From: an uncultured Acidimicrobiia bacterium
GTDB lineage: Bacteria > Actinomycetota > Acidimicrobiia > IMCC26256 > JAENVU01
Direction: 5' to 3'
Assembly: GCA_963765075.1 (NCBI GenBank)
Contig: CAVXVA010000001.1
Location: 870,075-934,074, forward strand
Length of the DNA stretch: 64,000 nucleotides
Below the pieces are notes generated by a model. The model made no database searches, had not been told where the DNA came from, and was given only the letters and a program-made list of their open reading frames with translations. The position numbers and the translations under genes were made by a program. Numbering within the stretch: position 1 is the first letter of the stretch; each line of letters begins with the position of its first letter. Below, one piece after another: positions 1 through 9,483 of this stretch.

Positions 1-141
1 CGCACCCGACCGGAAGGACTCGAGGAGATGCATGCCTTCATCGACGAGATGTGGAGTGACCGGCTGCTCCACCTGAAACGCGCCGCCGAACGAGCCGACC
101 GAGTCGCCCGCGACGATCCGACGAGAGGAACGACATCATGA
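1..141 (+). CDS. C-terminal fragment of a probable ArsR/SmtB-type transcriptional regulator (5' end outside the window)
   Basis: The frame is open from base 1 (RTRPEGLEEMHAFIDEMWSDRLLHLKRAAERADRV...) and ends at TGA 139-141. That stop overlaps the next ATG (ATGA). The family call rests on weak tail similarity and on the usual ArsR-SRPBCC gene pairing. Confidence 0.4.
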   Translation, partial: RTRPEGLEEMHAFIDEMWSDRLLHLKRAAERADRVARDDPTRGTTS

Positions 142-578
142 CCGACGCTGCCACTGCGACCGACGTCGTCGAGCAGACCATCCGCATCGACGCCCGACCC
201 GAGACGGTCTGGACCTTCTGGACCGAGCCGGCCCGGCTGTGTGAATGGTGGGGCGTCGAGGCCGAGACCGTGGTGGAACTCGGCGGAGTGTTCCGCGTGG
301 TCATGGAGGGCGGCCCGGTGATGCGGGGCGAATTCCTCGAACTCGATCCCCCGCGTCGGTTGGTGTTCTCGTTCGGCTGGGAGGGCGGGGCTCCGAGCGG
401 TCCTCTCCCGCCGGGTTCCTCGCGCGTCGAGGTCCTCCTGGTCCCGGACGAACAGAACGGGGTGACCCAGTTGACGTTGCGCCACGAGCTTCCGGCCATC
501 CACGCCGCCGACCACGCGCGGGGCTGGGCGTACTTCATCGGTGAACGCATGGTCGCCCTGGCCACGGAGTCGGCGTGA
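138..578 (+). CDS. SRPBCC / AHSA1 (Activator of Hsp90 ATPase homolog 1-like) domain protein
   Basis: 146-aa ORF with high GC3. The pattern ...IRIDARPETVWTFWTEPARLCEWWG...RLVFSFGW...TQLTLRHE is typical of AHSA1/SRPBCC proteins. The start overlaps the upstream stop. Confidence 0.8.
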   Translation: MTDAATATDVVEQTIRIDARPETVWTFWTEPARLCEWWGVEAETVVELGGVFRVVMEGGPVMRGEFLELDPPRRLVFSFGWEGGAPSGPLPPGSSRVEVLLVPDEQNGVTQLTLRHELPAIHAADHARGWAYFIGERMVALATESA

Positions 579-1288
579 CCGCGAACATCGGCACCCGCGC
601 CGAGTGGCTCGCCGCGCGCCGCGACCTTCTCGATCAGGAGAAGGAGCTGTCGCGCGTGCGCGACGAACTTGCGCGGCAGCGACGGGAGCTGCCATGGGTT
701 CCGATCGATGCCGACTACGTCTTCGCGACCGAGTCCGGCCCGGCCCGACTGATCGACCTGTTCGACGGTCGCACCCAACTCGCGGTGTACCACTTCATGT
801 TCGGGCCCGAGTGGGACGCCGGATGCCCGAGCTGTTCGTTCTGGCTCGACAGCTTCGACGGCGTGCGCGACCACCTCGCACACCGAGACGTCACACTGAT
901 CGCGGCGTCGCGAGCACCGCTCGACCGGCTTCTGGCGTATCGATCGCGCATGGGCTGGACGATTCCATGGGTGTCGACGCTCGCCACCACGTTCAATCAG
1001 GACTTCAACGTCTCGTTTCCCGCCGAGGCACCGGTCGACGCACCGATGTACAACTTCGCCCCCGCGAGCGACCCGGGAGAGGAAGCCCCCGGGCTCAGCA
1101 CGTTCACCATCGCCGACGGCAGGGTGTTCCACACGTACTCCACCTATGCGCGCGGGCTCGACGTCTTCAACTCCGCGTACCAGATCCTGGACGCGATGCC
1201 GATGGGACGCGACGAGGCCGACCTCGAATGGAGCATGGCCTGGCTCCGCCGCCACGACGAGTACGAGACCGACGGAAGAACGACGTGA
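575..1288 (+). CDS. DUF899 thioredoxin-like family protein
   Basis: 237-aa ORF. GTG 575 overlaps the previous stop (GTGA). It has the CPSCSFW motif and ...YHFMFGPEW...STF... characteristic of DUF899. Confidence 0.8.
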   Translation: MTANIGTRAEWLAARRDLLDQEKELSRVRDELARQRRELPWVPIDADYVFATESGPARLIDLFDGRTQLAVYHFMFGPEWDAGCPSCSFWLDSFDGVRDHLAHRDVTLIAASRAPLDRLLAYRSRMGWTIPWVSTLATTFNQDFNVSFPAEAPVDAPMYNFAPASDPGEEAPGLSTFTIADGRVFHTYSTYARGLDVFNSAYQILDAMPMGRDEADLEWSMAWLRRHDEYETDGRTT

Positions 1289-1455
1289 TGGATCAACCCG
1301 TCGCGATCGGTGCCCGGGTCCGGCGACACGCCCGCTTCCGGGACAGTTCGCGTGGATGCCGGGGTTCCTGATCCACGCGGCGATGCGATCCTCGTTGGCG
1401 AAGGACCTCAAGCACCTCGAAGCCGTAGCCGCCGCGTCGTAACGCGAACGCCCGG

Positions 1456-2085
1456 TCAGGTCGTGAGTGAGAGGACGAGCAACGCTTGGGCGACGTGGTA
1501 GGTCACGATGATCGTGAGCGGTTGCCACGAGCGTGAGTGCACGAAGCGATCTTCGCCGATGAACGCATCCGAGACCATGAACAGCACGGCACCGATCGCG
1601 GCCACCGCGTTCCCACTCGCGACCGCACTGCTCACCATCACCAGGATCGTGAGCACGTAGGCAACGACCGGCACCACCAGTTCCGGATGCCCGGCGACGC
1701 GAATCCCCCGCACGAGACGGGTCCCCATCAACGCGACGATGACCACGACCGGCGCGGCGAGCCACCAGTTGCCATCCGACGACTGATTGAGCCCAACCAC
1801 GTAGGCCACATGTCCGAGCAAGAAGGATGCGAGCCCGGCGACGAACGCGTCGGTCGGCAGCATGAGGAAGACGTCGCCGGCCAGCGAGAGGGCCAACGCG
1901 ACCACGAACCACGTGCGCTGAGTCGACGACAACGGGTCGAGGGCGACGGCCGCAGCAATCATCAGCACCAAGGTCAACGGCTTGCAGACGTACACGCCGA
2001 CCGGCCGGCGGCGGGCGACTGACACCCAGTTCCCGAGGGCCAGAACGCCTGCCGCAGTCAAGAGCCCGGTGGCAAGCGCGTTCAT
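1456..2085 (-). CDS. YhhN-family lysoplasmalogenase-like membrane protein
   Basis: 209-aa ORF with about 7 hydrophobic helices. It carries ...LSLAGDVFLM... and ...VLFMVSDAFIG... YhhN-type motifs. Confidence 0.75.
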   Translation of the reverse strand: MNALATGLLTAAGVLALGNWVSVARRRPVGVYVCKPLTLVLMIAAAVALDPLSSTQRTWFVVALALSLAGDVFLMLPTDAFVAGLASFLLGHVAYVVGLNQSSDGNWWLAAPVVVIVALMGTRLVRGIRVAGHPELVVPVVAYVLTILVMVSSAVASGNAVAAIGAVLFMVSDAFIGEDRFVHSRSWQPLTIIVTYHVAQALLVLSLTT

Positions 2086-2131
2086 GTCATTCCTCGGATC
2101 AGCAGCACCGCACGGTCCTCGACGTCACGGG

Positions 2132-3040
2132 TCACTCTGCCAGTTCCTCGAAGTACGTGCGCAGCGTTGTCGTGCCGAGCGGTGGGCCGACACCGTCCAC
2201 CTCGCCTGCGACCACGATGAACTCGGTGAGGTCTCCGAACTGTTTCGAGAGGAGCCGAACGCCCTTCACGACCCCGCGTGCAAGGCGGAGGGGGACGACC
2301 GTGATCTTCGGAGGTTTTCCCAGAACGTCGAACGCCAGCTCCGCCGCTTCACGCTGGGTCATCACCTCCGGACCACCCACGACGACCTCGCGAACGTCAC
2401 CCTCGGTCACGTCGACGCACACCCGGCCGAGATCCCGGCCATGAATCGGACTCATGCGATTCGAACCGTCGCCGACGAGCAACACCCGCCCCCTCCTGGC
2501 CATGGACAGGAGGGCGCCCATGTCGGAGAAGTAGCCGCAGGGCCGGACGATCCGAAAGTCGAGCCCGGACGACTCCAACGCGCGGACCACCTTCTCGTGC
2601 GCCTCGGTGATCGCGAGACCTGCGAGTTCGGGCGAGTCGGCACCCTGCATCGAGACGTAGACAAACTGCTTGACGCCCGCCTCCCGTGCCATCTCGATCA
2701 GCCGACGGTTGCACTCGTAGTCGACGTGCTCAAACGTCAGACCATCGCGTTGGCGCGAGATGCCCACCGACGAGAACACGATCTCGACACCGTCCATGAG
2801 GCCGCCGAGGGTGTCGGCGTCGGTGATCTCGCCGACGAAGACATCATCGGTCACGTCGGCTCCGATCGCGGGCGCGGCGAACGGGCCGGGCGCGGCGAGT
2901 CGTTCCGCGCTACGGGTCAAGGCCCGGACGCGATAGCCGCGCTCCGAGAATGCCTGAGCCACAAATCTTCCGAGGTATCCGGTCGCGCCGGCGACCAGTA
3001 CCCGGGTCCCGTCGGGAGAGGATTCTTCGGCCGTGCTCAT
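2132..3040 (-). CDS. NAD(P)H-binding NmrA/atypical-SDR family protein
   Basis: Rossmann motif VLVAGATGYLGRFV follows ATG 3040. That ATG overlaps the stop of the upstream gene (ATGA at 3037-3040). The longer ORF start at 3115 is rejected because it is an Arg-rich extension. Confidence 0.8.
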   Translation of the reverse strand: MSTAEESSPDGTRVLVAGATGYLGRFVAQAFSERGYRVRALTRSAERLAAPGPFAAPAIGADVTDDVFVGEITDADTLGGLMDGVEIVFSSVGISRQRDGLTFEHVDYECNRRLIEMAREAGVKQFVYVSMQGADSPELAGLAITEAHEKVVRALESSGLDFRIVRPCGYFSDMGALLSMARRGRVLLVGDGSNRMSPIHGRDLGRVCVDVTEGDVREVVVGGPEVMTQREAAELAFDVLGKPPKITVVPLRLARGVVKGVRLLSKQFGDLTEFIVVAGEVDGVGPPLGTTTLRTYFEELAE

Positions 3041-5313
3041 GCTCGACCCGCGGCGGCCTCGTCGGCCCGACTGCGTCCGGTCAGCCGGATGAGTTCCTCG
3101 TGCAGCTCGAACCACACGGTGTGGTAGCTGTCCTTGAGCGGATGGGCGAACATCTCCCGGTCCCCCGCCTCGACCGATCTCAGTGCCGCCCCGAGCCGGT
3201 GGGAGTAGCGCACGAAGCGAGGCTCGGCGGCGGCGATCACGTCGACGATCGGGAGGATGGCCGCGTGAATCTCGGCCCGGAGTCGTTCGACGACGGCCGT
3301 GTCGTACGTCGTATCGGCATGATCGTTGGGTTGCTCACTCCCGCCGATCGTCCGGACCTGCCACGAGACCACGACCTGCTTGAACGCGAGGTTGAGGTCG
3401 TGGAAGCCCTCCCAGCGTGGTTCGATCACTGCCCGGAGACGAGCGGCATCGGCGCGGAATCGCTCGTCGACCCGGGCGATCACCGGAGCCAGAGGACGAA
3501 CTCGGCCACCAGGAAGCGATTGCACCAGTTCGTCGGCCGCAAGTTGCTCGATGATCGCGTCAACTGCGGCGCGAGCGCATCCGAGGACGTCGGCCACCAT
3601 GTCAGCGGTCGCCGCGCCCTTGAGCGCGAGCACACGTTCACACGCGTCGGTCGTCGCGGCTTCGACGAACTCACCGGATTCACGGACGGGACGCGCCGAC
3701 CGGCTCGACGGCGCGGCGACCGCGGCCAGATCAGCCTGCCACCGGCGCAGAATCGCGACTTCCTCGACCTCGATCGCGTCGGCCGGGTGGTCGCCCAGCA
3801 GCACCGTACCGAGTCCGCCGTCGACGGTCAGGACGGTGCCGGTCGGGTAATGGGTCCCGGCGATGTCGACACCGTCGGTCCCGACGGTGATGTCCGAGGC
3901 ACCGACGATCGCGGGGATGCCCCAACTGCGGGCCACCACCGCGGCATGACTGACCAAGCCACCGAGGGTCGTCACGATCCCGGCGGCTTCGGCGATGCCG
4001 GCGATGTCGGCCGGGGAGGTCTCGCGCCGGACCAAGATGATGGACTCACCGCGCGCGCCGGCGGCGATGGCATCATCGATGTCGACACAGACGCGGCCGG
4101 TGACCCGGCCGGGTGACGCGGGCAAGCCCCGAGCCAACTCGGAGTCGGCGGAGCCGACCGTGTCGCTCGGGTTCGTGCGGGTGGGCGGATCCCTCAGGAT
4201 GTCCGCGACCGACGCGAGCGCTTCCGCGCGCGTCACCGAGAACCCGGGGTCCTCGGCCAGATCGATGGCGATACGGAGCGCCGCGGTTGCGCTGCGCTTG
4301 CCCCGTCGCACCTGGAGGAGCCAGAACTCGCCCTGTTCCACGGTGAACTCGATGTCGGCCATGTCGGCGAGTTCCTGCTCGAGCACGACGGCGGCGGCGT
4401 CGAGTTGATCGGCGATCTCCGGCCAACGCGAACGGAGCGCGGCGAGCGGGAGCGTCGCGTGCGTTCCGGCGACGACATCCTCGCCTTGGGCGCCGACCAT
4501 GAAATCGCCGACCACCGTCCGCTCGCCGCTCGACGGATCCCGCGTGAACGCCACCCCGGTACCCGAACGCTCACCCAGGTTGCCGAACGTCATCATCTGG
4601 ATCGTCGCCGCGGTTCCGAGGCCGTCGTCGATCCCTTCGACTCGCCGATAGGTGCGCGCGCGGTCGGACGACCACGACGTAAAGACCGCGGCCACCGCCT
4701 CGGTCACCTGGCGGGCCGGGTCCGGCGGGATCTCGAACCCCGCGCCGGAGAGCGCGTCGCGCAGGTTGCCGGTCGCGGTCGCGAGCTCGACCGCGACCAA
4801 CGATCGGCCCTCATCGGGGCCCAGCGCGTCGGCTGACAACCGAGCGAGAAGTTCGGGAGGCACGCCCAGCACGATCGACGAGTACGACTGGATGAAACGT
4901 CGCGCGGTGTCCCAGGCGAACCGTTCGTCGCCGGTGGCCCGGCCGAGCGCCACGGCTACGTCGTCGGTCATGCCCACGTTGAGGACCGTGTCCATCATCC
5001 CCGGCATGGAGACAGCCGCGCCGGAACGCACGCTCACCAGGAGCGGATCGACCGGCGAACCCAGCACCCGACCCGATGTCACCTCGAGGTCGATGATCCC
5101 GGCCGCAATCGCGGCGTCGAGATCTCCGAACCACCCGTCGGCCTCCACCCTGGCGCACGCCTCCGTCGTCAGCGTGAATCCCGGCGGAACGGGAAGCCCC
5201 ATCTCGGTCATGCGGACCAAGGCCGCGCCCTTGCCGCCGAGTAGCCGCTTCCGGTCGGCGAGTGGCATCCGGTTCGCGGCGGCGAACGACGCGTGCCACG
5301 CGCCGAGTGTCAC
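3037..5313 (-). CDS. PEP-utilising (PPDK/PEP-synthase-like) phosphotransferase: ATP-grasp N-domain + phosphohistidine swivel domain + non-canonical C-terminal domain
   Basis: The N-terminus LLGGKGAALVRMTEMGLPVPPGFTLTTEAC matches the PPDK_N type. The swivel motif GIVTTLGGLVSHAAVVARSWGIPAIVG has its His near aa 456. The last ~250 aa do not resemble the PEP/pyruvate TIM-barrel. GTG 5313 overlaps the E2 stop (GTGA). Confidence 0.8.
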   Translation of the reverse strand: MTLGAWHASFAAANRMPLADRKRLLGGKGAALVRMTEMGLPVPPGFTLTTEACARVEADGWFGDLDAAIAAGIIDLEVTSGRVLGSPVDPLLVSVRSGAAVSMPGMMDTVLNVGMTDDVAVALGRATGDERFAWDTARRFIQSYSSIVLGVPPELLARLSADALGPDEGRSLVAVELATATGNLRDALSGAGFEIPPDPARQVTEAVAAVFTSWSSDRARTYRRVEGIDDGLGTAATIQMMTFGNLGERSGTGVAFTRDPSSGERTVVGDFMVGAQGEDVVAGTHATLPLAALRSRWPEIADQLDAAAVVLEQELADMADIEFTVEQGEFWLLQVRRGKRSATAALRIAIDLAEDPGFSVTRAEALASVADILRDPPTRTNPSDTVGSADSELARGLPASPGRVTGRVCVDIDDAIAAGARGESIILVRRETSPADIAGIAEAAGIVTTLGGLVSHAAVVARSWGIPAIVGASDITVGTDGVDIAGTHYPTGTVLTVDGGLGTVLLGDHPADAIEVEEVAILRRWQADLAAVAAPSSRSARPVRESGEFVEAATTDACERVLALKGAATADMVADVLGCARAAVDAIIEQLAADELVQSLPGGRVRPLAPVIARVDERFRADAARLRAVIEPRWEGFHDLNLAFKQVVVSWQVRTIGGSEQPNDHADTTYDTAVVERLRAEIHAAILPIVDVIAAAEPRFVRYSHRLGAALRSVEAGDREMFAHPLKDSYHTVWFELHEELIRLTGRSRADEAAAGRA

Positions 5314-6650
5314 GCTTCCTCCCAGTGTTCGAGCCGGTCACGCACCGCGGCGCCGAACTGCGCGGCCGGTGCACCGTCGAACGCTCGGTGGTCCCAGGTG
5401 AGGCTGAGCGTCAACACCGTGGTCGGAACCGCGACTCGGTCAACCCACCGCACCGACTCGCGTAGCCGGCCGATTCCCAGGATCGCGGTGTTCGGTGGGT
5501 TGATCACCGGTGTGAACGAATCCACGCCGAAGGCCCCCAACGCCGTCACCGAGAACGTTCCTCCCTCGAGATCGGCCAGTGCGAGCCGACCGGCGCGCGC
5601 CGCATGCGCCACTCGCGTCGTCTCGGCGGCGAGTTGACTCATGCTCAGCTGATCGGCGTTACGAACGACCGGCACGACAAGTCCACCGTCGAGGGCGACC
5701 GCCAGACCGACGTTGATCTCGGGCAGCAGGTTGACGGCACCGTCGGCGATCTGGCTGTTGACGATCGGGTGGTGCACGAGCGCCCGAGCTACCGCGGCGA
5801 TGACGTAATCGGTGTAGCCGGCCCGATCGCTCGGGTCGGCGCCGACGCGGTGGGCAACCACCGCGTCCATCACCACCTCCATCGTGAGCGTGAGTTGAGC
5901 CATCTGCGCCAAGGAGTCGTGCATCCGTTGCGCGATCGTGCCGCGCATTCCCGTCAGCGGGATCCGCTGAGTCGGCTCCTGGAGCAGCGGCGCCTCCGCA
6001 AGGGCCGGCGGGCGGCCTGCGGCACTCAGTTGCTCGCGTACGTGACGCTCGACGTCAGCCCGATCGATGCGGCCACCGACCCCGATCGATCGGACCTGGG
6101 TGAGGTCGACACCGAGCCGGGTCGCGGTCTGGCGGGCGGCCACCGTGGCCGACACCCGAAGGCGCTCACCGGCGGGCGGGACGTCGGCGGCCACGATGCG
6201 TCCTCCCGGGCCGCTCCCGGTGAGCGCGCCAAGGCTGATACCCCGTTCGGCCGCCACCCGGCGCGCGTAGGGCGAGGCGAAGATCCGGGCACCGTCACGA
6301 CCGTTGCCGGTGGGCGTGAGCCCCAGAGCACCGGGTTCGGCGAGGGACACGACGCTCCGGTCGGCTGCGCCGGGCGTCGTCGAGTGCGCCGCGTCGGCCT
6401 CCGGTGGATCCTCTCCCGGCTCGAGGAACCAGCCAATCCGGGCTCCGCACGCGAGTACGTCACCGACTCGGCCGGTGATGTGGAGCACGCCCGAATCGCT
6501 CGCCTCGACATCGGTGTCGACCTTGTCCGTCTCGATCGTCAACACTGCGGTGCCGGCTTCGACGACCGTGCCGCTGTCGACCAGCCACGCGGTGATCGTC
6601 CCCTCTTCCATCGTGAGGCCCAACTTGGGCATCTGGAACTCGATCGGCAC
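5310..6650 (-). CDS. Dihydrolipoamide acyltransferase, E2 component of a 2-oxoacid/acetoin dehydrogenase complex
   Basis: It has a lipoyl domain (...VLTIETDKVDTDVEA...), a peripheral subunit-binding domain (ASPYARRVAAERGISL) and a catalytic domain with TWDHRAFDGAPAAQF. The start is a GTG. Confidence 0.9.
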   Translation of the reverse strand: MPIEFQMPKLGLTMEEGTITAWLVDSGTVVEAGTAVLTIETDKVDTDVEASDSGVLHITGRVGDVLACGARIGWFLEPGEDPPEADAAHSTTPGAADRSVVSLAEPGALGLTPTGNGRDGARIFASPYARRVAAERGISLGALTGSGPGGRIVAADVPPAGERLRVSATVAARQTATRLGVDLTQVRSIGVGGRIDRADVERHVREQLSAAGRPPALAEAPLLQEPTQRIPLTGMRGTIAQRMHDSLAQMAQLTLTMEVVMDAVVAHRVGADPSDRAGYTDYVIAAVARALVHHPIVNSQIADGAVNLLPEINVGLAVALDGGLVVPVVRNADQLSMSQLAAETTRVAHAARAGRLALADLEGGTFSVTALGAFGVDSFTPVINPPNTAILGIGRLRESVRWVDRVAVPTTVLTLSLTWDHRAFDGAPAAQFGAAVRDRLEHWEEA

Positions 6651-6653
6651 GAC

Positions 6654-7671
6654 TCAGCGTCCTTGGCCGGGCGCCGGTCGGTGGAGGGTGGCGCGGACCT
6701 GGGCCGCGATCCGGGCCGCATCGGGCACGTAGGCCGACTCGAGCGCGGGACTGAACGGGACCGGCGTCGAACGGCGCGCCGACGCGACCGACCGGCGCAT
6801 CGAGATAGTCGAAGGCATGTTCCTGCACCTGCGCGGCGACTTCGGCCCCGAGGCCTCCCTCGCGCACGGCCTCGTGGATCACGACGACCCGGTTGGTCCG
6901 GCGAGCCGAGTCGAGTACGCACTCGATGTCCATCGGGGAGACGGTGCGGAGATCGATGACGTCGCAACTGATCCCCTCGGCGGCCAGGAGATCGGCCGCG
7001 GCCAGCGACTCGACCGCCATGCGACTCCACGACACGAGCGTGACATCCGATCCGCTCCGGGTCAGTGCCGCCCGCCCGAGCGGCACCTCATAGATCGCTT
7101 CGGCGACCGGCCCCTTCGTCCCGAGCATCTTCTTGTGGAGTACGACCACCACGGGATTGTCGTCGCGGATTGCCGCGACCGTCAGCCCCTTCATGTCGCT
7201 CGGGGTCGACGGCATGACCGTCTTGAGTCCGGGGACGTGGGCCAGCATGGCCTCGAGGCTCTGACTGTGCTGGGCACCGGCGGAGAGCCCGGCTCCCCCC
7301 ATCGTGGTGATCGTCAGCGGCAGCGTGGCGTTGCCGCCGAACATGTACTTGAGCTTCGCGGCCTGATTCGCGAGTTGGTCCATCGAGACAAGCACGAAGT
7401 CCATGAACATCAGGTCGACGACCGGACGGAGTCCCACGACTGCGGCGCCGATGCCGAGGCCGATGATCGCCTGCTCCGAGATCGGCGTGTCGACCATCCG
7501 GCGCTCGCCGAACCGTTCGAAGAGGCCGTCGAAGTTGTGGAAGACGCCTCCGGTGCGGCCGACATCCTCGCCAGCGACGAACACATCCGGATCTTCGTCC
7601 ATCACCTGGGCCAGACCCTCGTTGAACGCCTGGAGGTAGCTGAGATGCCGTTCGGCCGCCTCGGTGGCCAT
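6654..7671 (-). CDS. 2-oxoacid/acetoin dehydrogenase E1 beta subunit, with an apparent 1-nt frameshift near the 3' end
   Basis: MATEAAERHLSYLQAFNEGL...MVDTPISEQAIIG... is canonical E1-beta. After ...LDAPVGRVGAP the conserved tail TPVPFSPALESAYVPDAARIAAQVRATL continues in another frame and stops at TGA 6654-6656, 3 nt before the E2 start. The length is 1018 nt (3n+1). The uninterrupted ORF would otherwise run to 6460, 190 nt into E2. Confidence 0.8.
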
Positions 7672-8645
7672 CAGCGCGCTCCGGTGTAGACGTTGTCGGT
7701 CAGGTCCTCGGCTTTTGGCATCGGGCTCTCCTCCGCGAAGCGGATCGCCGTGTCGACCTCGAGTTCGACGCTCGCACGGACCGCCGCGATCTCCGCGCCG
7801 GTTGCCACACCGCCGGCGACCATCGATGCCTCCAAGGCCTCGATCGCGTCGCGACTCCGCCACCGCTCCACCTCGTCGTCGGTCCGATACTTCGCGCCGA
7901 GGGTCTGGATACCGTGGTGGTTGTAGTAGCGGTACGTCTTGGCTTCGAGGAACACCGGGCCGGTGCCGCTGCGTATCGAGGCGAGCGCCTGAGTGGTCGC
8001 TTCCCAGACGGCCACGGCGTCCATGCCGTCGACCACGATGCCCGGCATTCCGTAGGCGGCCGCCCGCTCGACGACATCGTCGATCGCCATCGTGCGCGAT
8101 CGCGCGGTGTACTCGGCGTATTCGTTGTTCTCACAAACGAACAGCACCGGCAACGCGAGCGCGGCCGCCATGTTGGCCGCCTCGTGGAACGCGCCGATGT
8201 TGGTGGTGCCGTCCCCGAAGAACGCGACCGACACCGTGTCGTTGTCGCGGTACTTGTTCGCGAACCCCGCGCCGACGGCGATCGGGACTCCACCGCCGAC
8301 AATCCCATTCGCACCGAGCATGTTGAGGTCGAGGTCGCAGATGTGCATCGACCCGCCCTTGCCGTTGCAGTACCCCGTCGCCTTGCCCATCAGCTCGGCC
8401 ATCATCCGGGCGAGATCGCCACCCTTGGCCACGAGATGCCCGTGGCCGCGGTGCGTAGAGCTGATCTGATCGTCGGGTCGGAGTGCAGCACAGACTCCGG
8501 CCGCAACCGCTTCCTGGCCGACGTAAAGGTGGATGAAACCGGGGATCCGGTTGGACTCGAACAGCCGGCCCGCGGCCTCCTCGAACAGCCGGATCCGCAC
8601 CATCCGCTCGTGGAGATCGCGCACGGTCTCGGTCGGAGGACTCAT
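7671..8645 (-). CDS. 2-oxoacid/acetoin dehydrogenase E1 alpha subunit (TPP-dependent)
   Basis: 324 aa with ...IPGFIHLYVGQEAVAAG...STHRGHGH... and the TPP motif GDGTTNIGAFHEAANMAA...ENN. The stop overlaps the E1-beta ATG by 1 nt. Confidence 0.9.
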   Translation of the reverse strand: MSPPTETVRDLHERMVRIRLFEEAAGRLFESNRIPGFIHLYVGQEAVAAGVCAALRPDDQISSTHRGHGHLVAKGGDLARMMAELMGKATGYCNGKGGSMHICDLDLNMLGANGIVGGGVPIAVGAGFANKYRDNDTVSVAFFGDGTTNIGAFHEAANMAAALALPVLFVCENNEYAEYTARSRTMAIDDVVERAAAYGMPGIVVDGMDAVAVWEATTQALASIRSGTGPVFLEAKTYRYYNHHGIQTLGAKYRTDDEVERWRSRDAIEALEASMVAGGVATGAEIAAVRASVELEVDTAIRFAEESPMPKAEDLTDNVYTGAR

Positions 8646-8712
8646 CGATGTTCCGCCTTCGGGTCGTTACCGCTCGGATGGAATCGGAGGGCCGCGCCGG
8701 CCGCAGTGATCA

Positions 8713-9480
8713 TCATGACTCCGCGCCCATCGCCCATCGCAGCGCCCGCCGCAACAGTTCGCGATATTCGGGGAGCTCCCACGACCCGCGGTCCACCGTG
8801 GGCCACCAGTCCCGCCGGGGCGCCATGTCGTAGTGGCCGCGGCAATGCCCGAGCGTGTTGTAGAGCACGCCACCGGCGCCGAGCGGACGAAGATATTGGA
8901 CGGCGCGTTCGGCCGAGCCAGTGGTCCAGTCGGACTCGGCGAACCCATCGGCGGTCCCGACCCAATGCGTGACGAGCTGCGTTTCGAGCGCGGCGGGATC
9001 GTGATGTTCCATGAGGTACAGCTCGTCGGTGGTCTCGAAGTCTCCGATCCCTGCAACGAGCCAATGGTCGGGCGCTGCGTTGGTCACGGTATACGGGCCG
9101 ATCGGAGGATGCGCAACGAACTGACTCCCAAGGGTGTCGGCGAAGGTCGGGAAACTGCGGGGGCTCTCCACGCCGCGAGGCCCTCCGAGGTCGAGGGCCG
9201 AGTTGGTGGCGTGGAGCGCGAGGAGCCGACCCCCCGCATGAACCCAGTCCCGCAACCCAACCTGGGCCGCCGGCGACGGTCGCACGTCGCAGGTGTAGCT
9301 CACGATGAAGCGGGACGCGCCGATGACGTCGAGGTCCTCCCAGTCGTCGCGCACGGTGACCCGAACCCGTTCGTGCTCCCCGAGCAATCCGAGGAGTTCG
9401 CGTCGGGCGTAGTCGATGTCGTGATAGCGCCCGCCGGCAACCAGGCATGCCTCGATCCGCTCGGGATGTCCACCACTCAC
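8713..9480 (-). CDS. ThuA domain-containing protein (trehalose-utilisation-like)
   Basis: 255 aa. ...GGRYHDIDYARRELL...GGRLLALHATN... shows the class-I glutamine-amidotransferase-like ThuA pattern. Confidence 0.75.
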   Translation of the reverse strand: MSGGHPERIEACLVAGGRYHDIDYARRELLGLLGEHERVRVTVRDDWEDLDVIGASRFIVSYTCDVRPSPAAQVGLRDWVHAGGRLLALHATNSALDLGGPRGVESPRSFPTFADTLGSQFVAHPPIGPYTVTNAAPDHWLVAGIGDFETTDELYLMEHHDPAALETQLVTHWVGTADGFAESDWTTGSAERAVQYLRPLGAGGVLYNTLGHCRGHYDMAPRRDWWPTVDRGSWELPEYRELLRRALRWAMGAES

Positions 9481-9483
9481 GGG

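Noticed and set aside
1290-1445. Short ORF tails in three frames (for example MPGFLIHAAMRSSLAKDLKHLEAVAAAS) that might be a gene remnant between the DUF899 and YhhN genes.
   Set aside because: They are too short and have no recognisable motif, so they could be chance ORFs.
38-1912. 624-aa minus-strand ORF, the longest in the first 2 kb.
   Set aside because: It is antisense to two well-supported plus-strand genes and overlaps the YhhN gene. The product is Arg/Pro/Gly-rich low complexity, typical of off-frame ORFs in 70% GC DNA. The same reasoning rejects 8833..10641(+), 25140..26144(-), 29520..31724(+), 36905..38404(-), 42062..43474(-), 54482..55561(-), 58187..59221(-), 63047..63997(-) and similar ORFs.
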